DNA of 64,000 bases. Source: Dimorphilus gyrociliatus. Taxonomy: Eukaryota; Animalia; Annelida. The position numbers and the translations under genes are program-made. The notes under the pieces were generated by a model that was given only the letters and a program-made list of their open reading frames with translations, did not search any database and was not told where the DNA came from. The number at the start of each line of letters is the position of its first letter. Positions within the stretch are counted from its first letter, which is position 1. Location of the stretch: positions 730,691-794,690 of the forward strand of contig CAJFCJ010000019.1 of NCBI GenBank assembly GCA_904063045.1, in the 5' to 3' direction. Positions 37,121 to 52,791 of the stretch are shown here, piece after piece.

Positions 37121-38798
37121 TCAGTCGTTCTTATCCTTTTTCTTGGAAGGTCTTTTAAAAACTTGTTTCATTCCTCCGCCTTTTGAGCTGTGGAATTTCT
37201 GATTTGTCGCCGAATCAGCTACCCACGGAGAATCGAATTGAGTAGTATCTTGATCGACTAAATGAGTATATTTTGTTCTTCCTGAACGACCAAAGTCCTT
37301 GACCTGCATAACTTTTGGTAAAACAGTTTTGTCAAAGTGATCTTCCAGTGTAGGTTCCGCAAAATTTCTTTTAAGAACGTCATTGTCTTCGTCGAGATAG
37401 AACACTCCTCTGTGGTAGTACTTTTGCATAAATTTGTACTTTCCTCTCTCTTGTTGATTCGTAATAAGTTTTGGATTTTCTTTCAATTCCTTCTGTCTTT
37501 GTTCTTCCGTCAAATTGCGTCGTCTCTCCACTTCGGCCATCTCTCTCTGAGCTTCTTCACGTTGATCTCTCTCACGCTTGATTCGTTTCAATTCTCTTAC
37601 TTTCCATGATTCATATTCTTCTTCGTCGCCCTCTTCGTCGTCTGTAATAATAGCTTCCAATGGTTGAAGACCAGCTGATTTAGCCGCTTCCTCTTCAAGT
37701 TCTCTTTTACGTTCCGCCTCAATTTGGCGGAGTGTTTCTCGTCGTTGAGCTTCAGCTTGATTTCTTTGTTGACGTTCCAAAGTTTCAAGTCGTTTTTCTT
37801 CAGCTTCTCTTTCACTAACTGTAGCACGATCGTTTCTAAAATTGAAAAAAAGAAACTAAACATGATTGACCTTTCGCTTAAAATTAAAACTAACTTTTTT
37901 ACGAAAACTGGACGAAGCCTAGGTAAATCGTCCTCTTCCTCTTCAGATGAATCAGTATATTCTTCATATTCACTTTCTTCGTCGTCACTGTATTTCTCTT
38001 TAGCTTCAGACTTTTCCATTAATTCATCTTGACGCTGTTGAGCTCTGATTGATTTTAAAAGAAATGCATATATTAGCCTCAATAACTTTATTAATCAACT
38101 ATACAAAAATTTCATGAGAATAATAATTAACCTTGCTTTTGCCCTCATAGCAGCTCTTCGCCTCTCTATTTCATCTTCGTCTGGTTCTTCTTCATCTTCT
38201 TCTTCATCCTCACTTTGAATTACCCTTACAGCTGCTTTTGTGTCTAGAAAAATGAAAATACTCTATAATTATTGCTAATTCAATAATTGAAAGAGTTTAA
38301 TTAACCTTTCAGTTCGCCTTCAGACTCTTCTTCTTCAGATGATCTATCCAATATTTCTGGTTCAGCAATAACTCGATGGCGAGCCCTATTTAATCGTCGT
38401 ACTCTCTCTGTCTACAAATTGCAAAATTTTAAGCTAATATAATAATCTAAAATAAAATGTACCTCATCCTCCTCATCTTCATTTTCTTGATTTATTTCTT
38501 TTGTAAGGCTTTTGCTCTGTTGAACTGGTTCACGATTTGGTTCTTCATTCTTTTCCTCTTCTTCCTCCTCTTCTCCTTCGCTTGAAGATAGAGCAGCAAA
38601 ATCGGGTCTGTTCAATTTAAAAACGTTAGACTGAAAAAATCATAATGATTGCAGTATATCGTACCGCTTTCCAGTGACATATCTTGTAACTTTAACTTTT
38701 TCCATAACAATTTCACCTTTTTTATTTCGAACTGGAACTGCTCCAGCCGTTGATTGGATTTGCAGTCCATTTAGGCTGTTTTGCTGTGCGTTAGACAT
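37121..38798 (-). CDS. MFAP1: Microfibrillar-associated protein 1 (spliceosome B-complex factor, Spp381-like)
   Basis: Exons 38798-38665, 38607-38463, 38411-38306, 38243-38132, 38044-37895, 37835-37121. [66 protein letters not shown]. Confidence 0.95.
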
Positions 38799-39274
38799 GA
38801 TAAACTTGAGTTAGGCTATACAGATATCCACTGTTATTCTTTTTTACGAACAGTACACGCCGAAATATTTTTCCGAAATGGGCCAGCGTACTACACGAGA
38901 AAAACAAAATGGCGACTGAAGGATTTCTAAGAATGTCATCCATTTTTTTTCTAGGCACTGTCAGTTACTAGATTTTAAAGTTGCTTTGAAGCTGAGAAGC
39001 GCTTAAAGCAGCTGTAAATAAGTTAGTCAATGTTTTGGTTGCATGACCATACATCTATTGTAAGCGAAGATACCGCATGTAGACTTATTGATTCAAAAGA
39101 GAAGTTTTAAATATCAATACATTTTATACTGTGTTCTGTATTGAACTAAACAATACATTCTACTTCGCAGGCATACATTTTTTTCTCTATATATTAAGAG
39201 TCAAACTGCAAACAAAATAAATGTGTCAAAATAAATAAAAACTGCATACGGGAAGAGAATAGATTGAACACAAA

Positions 39275-40398
<1,124 letters not shown>

Positions 40399-42987
40399 TG
40401 TAGGTAGAAGTCTGATGGCTATATAAATGACGTAGTCCGTCTAGACGTTCACCCTTGGTTCAATTCGAATAATATCGAAGACTGACTGCAAGATTATGTA
40501 TTTTAATCGACAACATTCAATTGAAGACTTTATAGCACTTCAAATTTCAATCGGCCAGTAATAAAATGGCGATAATCAATATAATGTGGTTTAAATTCCA
40601 GCAAGTATTGTTATTTAGTGTGGTTCCGAAAGTACTGTTTCCGTTTGGCAAGGCTAAATTTGGCTTGATGGTAATCAACTGACGTCATTGAAGTGATTGA
40701 TAACTCATTAAGTTTTTATTAGATGACAGTTCTTATCGACACTTTTGTCTAATATGCAATGTTGAATGCATGAGAATGACGTATTTCAAATAAAAATTTT
40801 GAGAATATTTCTTTTCCCTCTCAAATTTATTGACTAAAGTTAATATTTGTTTATCGATTTTGGAATATTTTATGCTTTCTTCTTTATTTTAACCACATGC
40901 GATTTATTTTAGATAAAAACTTCTTATATAAATATATATTTTTGGCATATAATGACGTAACTAGAGTAAAGAATCTATGCGATTGATACAATATGGTGTG
41001 TACATCAATGCAAAATTTTATATATTATGTTACACTCGAAGAGATAGTAAAACTTATTTGAAGACATATTGATAAGAATTGTAAAAATTGTTATCACATT
41101 TGTAGTTGAATTTCGTAAAGGTAACAGCCTTATGGCAGTTAGCGGTACCTCAACCTAACCTAGAAATAACTAATAACGTACATTTGAAATATTTGAATTA
41201 TCCGTTTTGTTGTCTAACGGCTTTCGACAGTATAAAAGATGCAACTTATTTAACCTGGATTAAGACTAATATATAGATATCATAAATATACATTTTAGTA
41301 TGAGTCATTTTTATTCGGTAAACAGTTTAAAGATGCGGATTTTGAAAACAAACGGAATGAATACATAATATAAATCATTCAAACTTTTAGCATCTGTTAT
41401 GTATAAAAAAAGATTAATTTTATATTTCTATAAAGAGAAAATATATAGAAATTATTGCGTAAAGTATTATTTTTTTTAAAAAGAACAGCTTATGTCCTCT
41501 TTTAGGTGTAATTGTTAATAGACAAGAATGAATCACTAAAGTTTGTAATATTTTAAAATTTATCGTCTGCTATTTCTCACATACCAATATTAAGTTTTGC
41601 CAAAGTTATTAAATATTTATAGAATGGATAAGAATAAATTCTTTACCTTCCTTTCCTTTCTCTCTTTCTCTCTCTGTCTTTTCGCGGGTAGTTTTCTCCA
41701 ATTTTGTTCACTGTTGGAAGCTGTATGGAGGGAATATGAGAACGAATAGATAGGATCTAGCAATTAGTAATTCCCAATTTTCCCTTAATGCATTCTAAAT
41801 TTCCCTAAAGCGGAGTAATATACGGCTTTTATCTGGGTAATTAACTTATAATCGTATAGTCCTATACCTCTTAAATAATGTCCATATTTAGTATCACTAT
41901 ATAATAGAACAGAATGTTATTAGTTTATTTATTTAAAATATAAATGTTTGAAATTAGATTAAATAACTTAAATTTCGTTACAATATACGCAATCTATAAC
42001 GTTCAAGCGCATGTCATATCGTTTTAAGGTTACTCAACCTTAAAAATAAAAGATACCCTTTATCTAATTTACACGAGAAATTTATCCTTTAAAGATTTTG
42101 CTGTTTAGTTACACGGTCTTTATGTTATAGAACAGCCGTATAAACTATATATACACTGATTAATTCTATTCATACAATACACATTTGTTACTTAGCGCTA
42201 ACTATATAGCACTCTTTATTTTTTTTTAATTAATTACATAAACACGTCTTGTAAAATTGTTTTAATTACTTTTGGCTTTTTGTTGTTGTTGTAAAAGAGG
42301 ACTTTGTAATAATAGTAGTAAAATAAAGAAGCTAATTAGTTTATATAATGGGATAGTTTTTTGTTTTTTAAAAAAAAAAAAACAAAAAAGTATGATAAAT
42401 AATATTCTTTCTCTCTCTCTCTCTTTGACGTAGAATAATTGAATATATATATAAAAATTTCTTTTCTTGAAATTAGTGAAAAAAGCCAGATGTTTTTATT
42501 TAGTAATTTTGTTAAAATGAATAAATTTTAATAAATTATGCAGATAGTTCATTCTTGTTGTAATTTTAAGTACAGTACCTACTTTCTACTAACTATAATG
42601 ATAATTTTAATATCGAGTGATCCCTTTAATTATAGCTTGTGTATTTTTATACGTCATACCTAATTATATATATTTAACCTGACTGTAACCGTTAGTTATA
42701 AATATAAACAAGTAAACAAAAAGTCTATTAATCAAACTTATACTTATTCAAAAGATTCAAACTAATTAGTAGACGACAATATTACTAATTAACCTTTTAT
42801 TTTAATAGGTTATACATATAAAAAGATAATCACTTTATTTACAATCTTGATTCTATGAAACTAGAAATTATAGTGAGAGAAAAAAGACAAATGAGAAAAG
42901 CATCTGTGATTTCCCAAGCTGAATTTTTTGTTAAATAGGTAACACTGAGACGTAGACACCAAGTTTTCCTTACTTGAATAGGATAAT

Positions 42988-44767
42988 ATGAGAATTGAAG
43001 CATATTTCGCGTTAGCTTTCTTAGTAACCGCATCTATTGCTCAACAATGGGGAACCAACCCAGAAAATAGTAGAGCCCTTAGGTTTAATTATACGGTTAA
43101 TATATTAAAATGAAAGAATATATTAACATTTCTTACTAATTGAACATATTTTTATTACAAAATAGCTTACTCCCCTTGATGAGTATATTCTAAGATACGA
43201 TCCAAACTACTCTTATGACTTGGTCAGAACCTACACTAAGGAAGATCATGTAGTTTACGTACTAAATATGACGTCACAAGTTTGTATTATTGATTTTAGT
43301 CGTCTATTTAACTTAAAAATTGGAATTATAAATTATTTATATTGGCAGATGTGGAGAAATGAAACCGATTCTGATCATCCTGTATGGTGGCATTGGCTGG
43401 CCGTTGCTGTCCCTAATGATTTGAAGCACGGTAGCGATGGTTTCATATATATTGGATCAGGAAACAATAGAAATCCAGATGCGTATGTTATTTGGCTGAC
43501 ATAACTAATGATTTATTATGTACATTGTTTATTTCTTTGGAAAATAGACCTCCAAATGCCGATAGTCGAAATATTAGAAGAGCAGGACAACTCTGCGTTC
43601 AAGTCGGTGCTGTTGCTGCCTACCTATGGCAAATTCCGAATCAACCTATCCGCCTAAGAGAAGATGATGATGATACTCAAGATGGTAGAGTTGAAGACTC
43701 TCTAATCGCTCTTACATGGAGGTTATACTTGGAAGATCCAACATCAAAAGATATTCTTTTAAGATTGCCAATGACAAAAGCAGTTGTGAAGGCTATGGAC
43801 ACAATTGAAGATTTTATAAGAGGTCAGAATGGAAATACTGTAAATAGATTTATGCTTTCGGGAGCTAGTAAGGTAAAACTGAATGAGATGACTTTTTTCA
43901 AAGTTTCATATAACAATTAATATATAACTTTTGTAGAGAGGCTGGACCACTTGGACTACTGCTGCTTTTGATGTAAGAGTCAAGGCTATGGCTCCTACTG
44001 TACTTACGATTCTAAACATGTACAAGAATCTTAAGAATCACTATAGATCTTTGGGAGGTTGGACCTTTGTATTTGGTGATTATTGGAGTGAAGAGTTAAC
44101 TACTAAAATGGAAACTCAAGAATTTGTTATGCTTAGAGATATAGTTGATCCTTATTCGTATAGAGAACGTTTTACAATGCCTACATTAGTTGTTGCTGGA
44201 TCCAGTGACGAATTCTTTTTACCTGACGAATCAAGACTCTTTTTTAACGATTTACCAGCAGATGCAAAATACATGTGGCTAGTTGAGAATGCAGGTCATT
44301 CTATTACTTCAAGTCCGTCTGGAGAATTATATTGGGTCAATTTGGGACATTTTTGGAAAGCAGAAATTGTTAATTACGTTTACCCAAAATTGACAAATGA
44401 GTTAACAAATGATAATAAAACTGCAACTATTACCATAACCACATCAAGACCCCCATTGAATGTTGCTGCATGGTATGCTTATTCATTAGACAATGGAGCT
44501 AGAGATTTCCGTCTGAGAACACTTTCCATCCCTATTGAAAGTGGTATAAAATGGCACAGCGAACCTGTTACCGCTATTTCTCCAGTTAAATATACAAAAG
44601 AATTTTCAGCACCAACTAATGGAACATGGCTAGCTTTCTTCCTTAGAGTTGAATTCCTTCAACCAGATAATCAAAAATTGGTTGTTACTTCTGAAGCAAA
44701 CGTCGTACCAGATACCTACGTTCTACCAGAATGTTTCGGAGAAGATTGCCTAGGATTTTTGGTCTAA
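42988..44767 (+). CDS. Secreted PqaA (PhoPQ-activated pathogenicity-related) / Dictyostelium AprA-like alpha/beta-hydrolase-fold protein
   Basis: Exons 42988-43095 (donor uncertain), 43166-43279, 43349-43482, 43548-43872, 43937-44767. Signal peptide, TPLDEY, LNMTSQ.W, PNQP, LLRLPMTKAVVKAMD, SGASKRGWTTW, DPYSY..R.TMP, DEFFLPD, NAGH. Confidence 0.8.
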
Positions 44768-45539
44768 GATTTATACTTTAAAAAATATTTCTAAACGATA
44801 ATAAGCATATTTATACAAATATATTAATATATTCATGAATTGATAGTGTATAGTTTGTAACTTTGCCGCTCCGCACCAAATTAAAATAGATTAGATTGTC
44901 TCTTAATTTTAGAGAAATATTTTTATTGGGCAGAAATTCTATAATCATTAAAATTAAATATTCTAGAGAGTAAAACAAACAAACAAACAAACAAACAGCA
45001 AACAAAACAGACAAAAAAAAACACCTTAGTTGATTGACAGGAAAGTATTTTTTTTTCTTAGTTTTGAAGCTTATTCTAAATCAAATAACTATAAATAATA
45101 ATAATAAATTAAGAATTGAGAAGAGAAGAATTGTAGAGAAAGAAGATAAAAAAATCATAGAATTATGAATTATGATAAAGATATGATTAAAATTTTACCT
45201 AAGTGCTAAGACAGAGAAAAAGAATGATATGTTAAATCAATAAATCTTTCTTTTACAATATAACTCAATTATAAAATAAAAGATGGATTTGTAAAGCTTA
45301 TTAATACTGCAAAATAAAATATGTAAATTAGCTAATGTAACTCAACGCGAAATAATATATATATATATATCTACATATTTATGATCTCTGCATCTTATAT
45401 CTTATCAAGCAATAAATGTTTCATTATTTCTTCAATATTTTTTTTTCTTCTCTTTTGTTTTTTTAAAAAAAAATTTAAAGATGAAAAAAAAATTGTATGA
45501 TTTGGAAGAAAAAACGAAAGTTCACTAGTAATTGTAAAA

Positions 45540-45575
<36 letters not shown>

Positions 45576-45844
45576 TGTATGTGTGCTGCAAAATGGCATT
45601 TCTTCTTACCTCTTATTTGTTTTAACAAAAATACTAATTAATATGCATAAATAAGAAACAAATGAACGCAAAATAAATATGTATACATATATAGTTATAT
45701 ATATATATATATATATAACTAATATGACTTTTGCAGGTTAAAAGTTGTAGAAAATTCTATATAAGTAATACTGTATACATTATATATATATAAACTATAG
45801 AAGTTGTTCACTAATAAATTAATAGAAACGTTGAATTTCTCTGT

Positions 45845-48800
45845 TTAGATTATAATGCAAAATTTGGATGGTTTACTCTCTTGCCGATGATTTATCTCTC
45901 TCAGGACTGGTTTCTCGTCATTCGTTTCTTGTACGGTATTTTTTGGTTTTTCATCTTCTGCGTAGCGTAAAAATATACAGTTATTTTTATTTTACAAATA
46001 AACAATAAAATAGTTAGTCAATTTCGAATTTTTGCGTAAGAAAACAACGATATCCTAAAGGCCCATATACAATCTATAAATTACCAGTTTTCGATTCCAT
46101 TTCATTCCAGTTTCTTCGATTCGTCTTACAACCGTCATAGAGAGTTTCTAAGTTATTTTCCAGATCATACAGAGTCTGTATTAATTTTTATATCAATTTT
46201 TTTAGACCGTAAATGAAAAAATGAACAACATATCGTTTTTTTTGTCTTTTTTTATATTTTTCATATATGTTTTCCAGATTTTGCACTAATTTTCCAGTTG
46301 TTTTATCACCTTTACTTTGTTTTTTTTTTTGTTTATTCCATGGGTTGTTTTATTTTTTTATGCTTTGTTTGATTGAGAGAGACCGGGATATTCTGTTTTG
46401 TTTATTTTCAAACTTTTTAAGTTTAAACCTAGCGGGCCGATTTGTAATTAACTAAATATATCTCTTTAATTAATTAATTAATTCTATGTAAAATTCTAAG
46501 TAAATAAAACTTATCGATGAATAATTTATTCACCATTGAATCCTTCATCAATATTGTTAAATTTCGACCAGTGTTCTTTATTCCTCTCAACGCCCTCGAA
46601 CATTGGTTTTAGACCAGGAAAGCAGATAGCCAAATTCTAAAATATTGTTTATATATATTTTTCTCTTTTAGTGTTTTTGTGGTTGTTTTTTATTTTTTTA
46701 TTTTTGCCTTTTATTTTTTTTTTATAAAAAAAATAAATATAATATAAATTAATAGCAATAGATCGGTTACTAGTATATATTTTGTTGTTTATTATTAATA
46801 AGCAAGGGAAGGTAGGGTAGGGGGGTGGGGAGGTGGAGAGAATAAGTAAGCGGTAAAATATTGTGACGGGAGGAGGAAGCTAGCGTATTAAAGGTTAATC
46901 ATTTTGTTAGGTTAAGTTATTAAAAAATCGTTTTTATGGATAAATAGGGTAATGGAAAGGGCGGAAGGCAAGGCAGCAAGGGATGATAATTTAGAAGAAA
47001 ATAGGTGCAAGGCTTAAAGTTAAAAAAAAAGAGGATATTATGAGCGTTAATAATATACGCTGTAGTATATTAACATCAAGTAAAAGGCCTCTTTATTTAC
47101 ATAAAAAAGGGACATTTGAATGAAAAAGTATATTTAATTGTGGTTGTATAGATAGTAAAAAATATTAGAAGAAAACAGGAGCAAAATGGGAATAAGAGGT
47201 AACAATATCGGTAAAGGTAATTAATTGCCTTAGTGATTTTACGTAACAAAAGGCGTCAAATTATTTAGGGAATTTTTGAGCGTCAAAGACGATATTTACT
47301 ATATTTTTGGTATAATATAGTATTGAACGCGTTAGATATTTTCCCCAATTTCAAATGTTTCTAGTGTAATTATTTATATATAATTAGTATATATATATAC
47401 TGTATATACATATATATATATATATACATCTTTATATCTTAGGTAGTAAATTTTTGGTAGGGTAAGTGCAATTAGAAATGTAGCTTTTGGTATGATAGAA
47501 TGGCGGTGGTTAAGCAAACAAATGATGGAAAATTAGCACAAAATATACGAAAGCAATATGTGAAAAAAGATTAATTAATACATATTTAAAATATAATATT
47601 TCTTATATATTTCCTTTGGTTTAAAGCAATTAACAAATAAATATTAAGACTATATACATACCTTATATAATGGTAAACATATTGAATCTATAAATCCAAC
47701 TTGCATTTTTGGAAGATCATCTTTTTTAGTCCTATCCATCATTGCCTATGAGGAAATAAGATAGAAATTAAATTTCTATACTGATTAATTGTTATTACCA
47801 TTGGTTCCAAATTTAATCTTGATCTTTCCAGATCGCCTTGTTCAAAGAATTCTCCGGCAACTAATAAAGCAACTTCCTTTTGAATTTCCCAGGGTTTCGT
47901 TATAGCAGCAACATCACAAGCCGTCATCATCATGCCTCTAATGAAATTTTAGTGCAATAATTAATTAGCAAGCATAATTAGGAAGATAAGTTTACCTCAA
48001 CAAATCCCTTTTACTGGGTTCACCCCAATTTTGTTCACCTTTATTGACTAGTTCCATAAATTGATTCTTTTTCCTATTGTAAACATTATATAAGGGATTT
48101 TTCAGCTTATACTATTTATATTTACTTGAAATATAAAGCTAGGTCAGTGGATAGTATGGCACTTTCAATAATTTTAACGACTCTCCTATATTCCTGAGAA
48201 GACAATGAACTAAAGATGTTATTGCAATCGCTATTTAAAATCATAATGCACTGGTCAAAGTGATGATGTTCCATAGTAGAAGTTGAATACAATTGAGCCA
48301 AAGGGGATTCGACTCTGTAAAAAATCATATTCTTTATCAGTTTTTTCCTTCAAAATAGAGCAAGTTATTTAAAACTTACTTGCTTTGGAAAGCATTATTC
48401 GTTCCCCTATGATCTAGATCATGGCATAAGCAAGCCACTAACAAGGCAAACATTTCTATATCATTAACGTATTTTTCCATTTTCCCCGTCTATTGAAAAA
48501 AACAAGATCAGCTGTTATTCTATTTATCGAAGGAAAACACAAAGTGAACATTCTTAATGACACCTATAGGAAAACAATATCAAAAGATTTTGACAATCTG
48601 AACTATTCATAGGTAGATAGAAAGAAAGTGAGCAAGAAGAGAAGAATGGATGTAGAAACAAATAAGAAAGATGAAAAAGTTAAAAAGAAAAACTTACAAA
48701 AATCATTGTGAACATAGTTTGAGTAACGTTAAAAGCATGTCTCCAGTTATGATACGTTACTGGGCGATAATTCTTCTTGACGCTGAGTGTCCACCGACAT

Positions 48801-49964
48801 AATTTCTTTGATATTTGAATAGAAAAATTCATTAATATAAGTTATACTGTAGATAAAAGAGGTTTTTATTCAATCTTTCTTTTACCTCATACGAAACGCT
48901 AAATCTTTTTGTTACCCCACAGTCTATAAACATCCTTACAGTCGCTTTAACAGTATCGTAATCGGTTAGATTGAAATCGCTAAAGCCAAACGAATATAGA
49001 TCATAATCAACGGATGTAGGTATTTCGGACTGCTGTTAAAGACATTATAGTCATTTTATGATTGAATTGGGGAAAGGGATAAGAGAAATTGAAGCTATTC
49101 GCAGAGCTGTTTAAAATAGTTCATTTTCTAGTTTGACTGAGCACGATTAAACTATGAGAATGCCTAAGGGGAAGTGTAAAACGATTTTTTCATCTTACTA
49201 ATAGTTTATCCGTTTCTTCTTGACTAGCTGCTGCGTGATAAGACAAACATTCTAAAGCGACAGACTGTTTCGCCATTAATGTACATGCATCCTCGTACAT
49301 TCTGCAATTGTGAACTCCCAATCCAAAAAATATTGACAAAGCCTTTAGAAAAATATTGAAAACAAAAAGTTATAAGAAAGATTCTCTTCAGTTTGTCTCT
49401 CTTCTTTTACCTTAACAAGATTGACGTCACTATCCGAAAACATCTTTCTATCTATCTTATTTAACAATTGAACGATTCCAATAACACGATTCGAATTATT
49501 ACGTATTGGTACAGCCATTATACCGCGAATTTCAAATCCATCGTGATCTTCCATCTTTAATAAGAAAGTTAAAGAGAAGAGTTTATCGACGTTATGTAAA
49601 GAAAGATGAAAGTAAAAATTCAACTAACTTTTTCTGTCTTTGACTGTGGAAGATCATTAATATCGTCGATATGCATATCCTGTTGATAAAGAATACAATG
49701 TATACGAAGAGCAGAAAAATTATGATTCAATCATCTTCTTTATTATTACCATGGTTACTTATTAGATAAAAAAAATATATATAAAATGAATATAGTATAG
49801 ATTGAGTAAATGATTACCTCTCCCGTAACAGCAATGCTTCTAGCCCATTGAGCATTCTTTGAGCTTTCAACATCTGAATCGCTGAAACAAAAAAGTCACG
49901 TTGGCATTATATACATATTATAAGTACAATATAACTATATAATCCTATACATGTAATCTATTTA

Positions 49965-50012
<48 letters not shown>

Positions 50013-51961
50013 TTCTTTCAATCTATCTACATGTTAATTTCATTTATTTGAAAAACCAATATGTTTGCCCTTCTCTTTCAGCTTCCTTTTCAGCTTCTCT
50101 ACAAATCTTCATATATATAGAACTAGCTGTTACTTGGTGTAAACATACGCATTTGTGTTTTTCTTTGTGGTTATTATTTAAAGTACGTTAGAAAAGAAAT
50201 AGTCAAAAACTCACGTCAACGTAACAATATCTCCTTGTTTTGTCGTATTTAATTCGAAGACATGAGAGAAGATAATCATCTATTAAAATCGCATAAAGAA
50301 CGTTTCATGTTAGAGAGGTAATAAATGATTTTGCACCAAATAGATATATTTGGATATGAACCTGGGGTTGAATAGGTGTACGAACTCTTCTATGATCATT
50401 TTTCAAGGCTTTAAGAGCCGACTTATGTTTGTCAAGATTTTCTGTTTCCTGTTTTTATTTAAAAAGAGGAAGGAAGAAAGAAGAAAATGAATAATTAATA
50501 TAATTTCAGTAAAATAATTAAAATATTATAATTTAATTTAAATAAATAAAATATGAAATAAAAAAAATAAAGCTGTATGAAGAATATTACAGTTTTTTTT
50601 TTAAAATAACTATACAGCAATATATTGCATATTGATACTGTTGGATTATAACATACAGTATAACGTGTAAAGTATTATACATTGTTGTTTTTTTATTATT
50701 ATGTAACAGCATCCTTATACAATATAAGCTATGAAGACTATACGTGCGTGAAAAGTTTTAGTAAAGATTATTGAGTTTTGTACTACTTGTTTTTTAGCGG
50801 TAAAAATATATACTATATATATATATAAATACCGATTGTACATACATATACATACTATATTAGTTATGAATTATATTAGATAATATTTTTTATGTATGTA
50901 CAGATTTAAAAGGAAGCTTGGTTTTTTTTTATTTTTTTTAAAAAAAAAAAATCAGAATAAATAAAGCAAAAGAATCTTCCTCTTTTTATAATTATTGTTA
51001 TCGAAATGTTTTAGCAGGTGCTCTAATTAGCAAAGACAAGATCGCTCGCTTTCATCTCTTTTATATGTTTTTTCGTTTCGTTAGTTAATTTATAAGTAAA
51101 AATTTTTTTGAAAGAAATAGAATAAAAAATGATAATATTAGCTTGATATATAACTCTTTCTTTTAAAAATCTTTCCTCATTCCTTTCTTAACAGATTATA
51201 TTCCAGTTTCGTAGTTAAGATAGTAATAAGTAAGGTAGAGTTAGTTTTCACTCTTCTTCTTTTTTAATTATGACAAAATCACAAATGAATGACAAAATTT
51301 TTCCTTCTCCCATCTACCCTTATCCTTCTCATCTCCCTCCTTGAAAAGCAGTTTAAATGTGAATAAAAAATTATTCTATTCTTTTCTAAAGAATAAAAAA
51401 GAGAAAGAGAATTGAGGTTGTAGAGGTGAAAAGAGAAAAAGATTAAATAAAAGGTGAAAAGACGGATTGAGGGAGATTGGTAGGAAAATGAATTGTCAAA
51501 AGGTTAGTGAGACAGTTAAACTTCTAGATACTATTTCACCTTTACAAAAAGAAAAGAGAGGAATGAAAGAAAAAGCAATTCGATTCTATTCCTTAGTACT
51601 AATACTTTAAACGCAGTACGAAGTAAATAGAAGAATTTCTTTCCTTCCATCTCAAACTTCTCTTAACAATATTGAATGTTCGAAGGCAAATGAAAAAAGT
51701 CGTTTCTTAGCAACGAATTGTTTACACGCACCAAAGCTATACGCCAAAGTGATCAATAGCAGCATAAATATACAGTATACTGGATAAGTATAATGTACGA
51801 ATATATTAAAATGTACAGCATTTACTATGTAACCTACTTTATATCATACACTGTATCGTTAGTGTCGTAGCTATCAAGTATAACATTAAAGTAATAACTT
51901 TCAACGGCAACTTAAGAGCAATGTCTTTGTTACTAGAACAGAAAGTCTTCAGGCTTAATAT

Positions 51962-52008
<47 letters not shown>

Positions 52009-52229
52009 CTTGCTCGCTCCCGCTCTCTTCATTGTATAAGCTATGCTATTTTTTCTTCTTTGTGGTTTTGTGGCCATAAAAGAAACGTTATTCTTTTTCT
52101 ATTAACAATAGTAATTTCTTTGAAACTTTTATAATAAATATAATAATCAGAAATAAATAGATAGAATAACGAAATAATCCAAAAAAAGATCAATTAACCA
52201 ACAAAGAAATATGAAGAAAACAAAGTCTT

Positions 52230-52263
<34 letters not shown>

Positions 52264-52760
52264 AGATAGATAGACAGAATGAAAGAGAGAGAGAGATTGA
52301 AAGATATACTTTTGGAAATATTTATGAATTATAAAACATTAAGTTTTCTCCCATTACGCTTTTCAAAGAAAAGATATATATATAGAGAGAAATTTTTATC
52401 CTAATGAATTCGCAAAACAGTATTATTACATGAAGATATTTATATTCATATTTAATATATACATTATATAGATCTGCTATTGAAATTGTTAAAATGGCTC
52501 TTCCTAAATGAAAAACCTCTAATAGAAAAAAAGTCAATATCAAGCTGGTTTTAATGTTATAAATATTAATATTTTATCAAAAATATATTACTACACATTC
52601 TTTTTTAGATATGTATCATAAACTTTTGGGTTTTTTTTTAAAAAAAAAAAGAGAACAAAATTTATTGCTTCTTACTGAGCGTTTTTTTTTCAATGAAAAC
52701 GAAAAATCTTATTTTTTTAAAAAAATAATTGAATAAAAATAAAGTTTCCGATTGAAGCTA

Positions 52761-52791
<31 letters not shown>

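Noticed and set aside
40400-42900. 2.5-kb intergenic stretch between NDE1 and the PqaA-like gene
   Set aside because: No ORF, RNA gene, terminal repeats or other interpretable structure seen.
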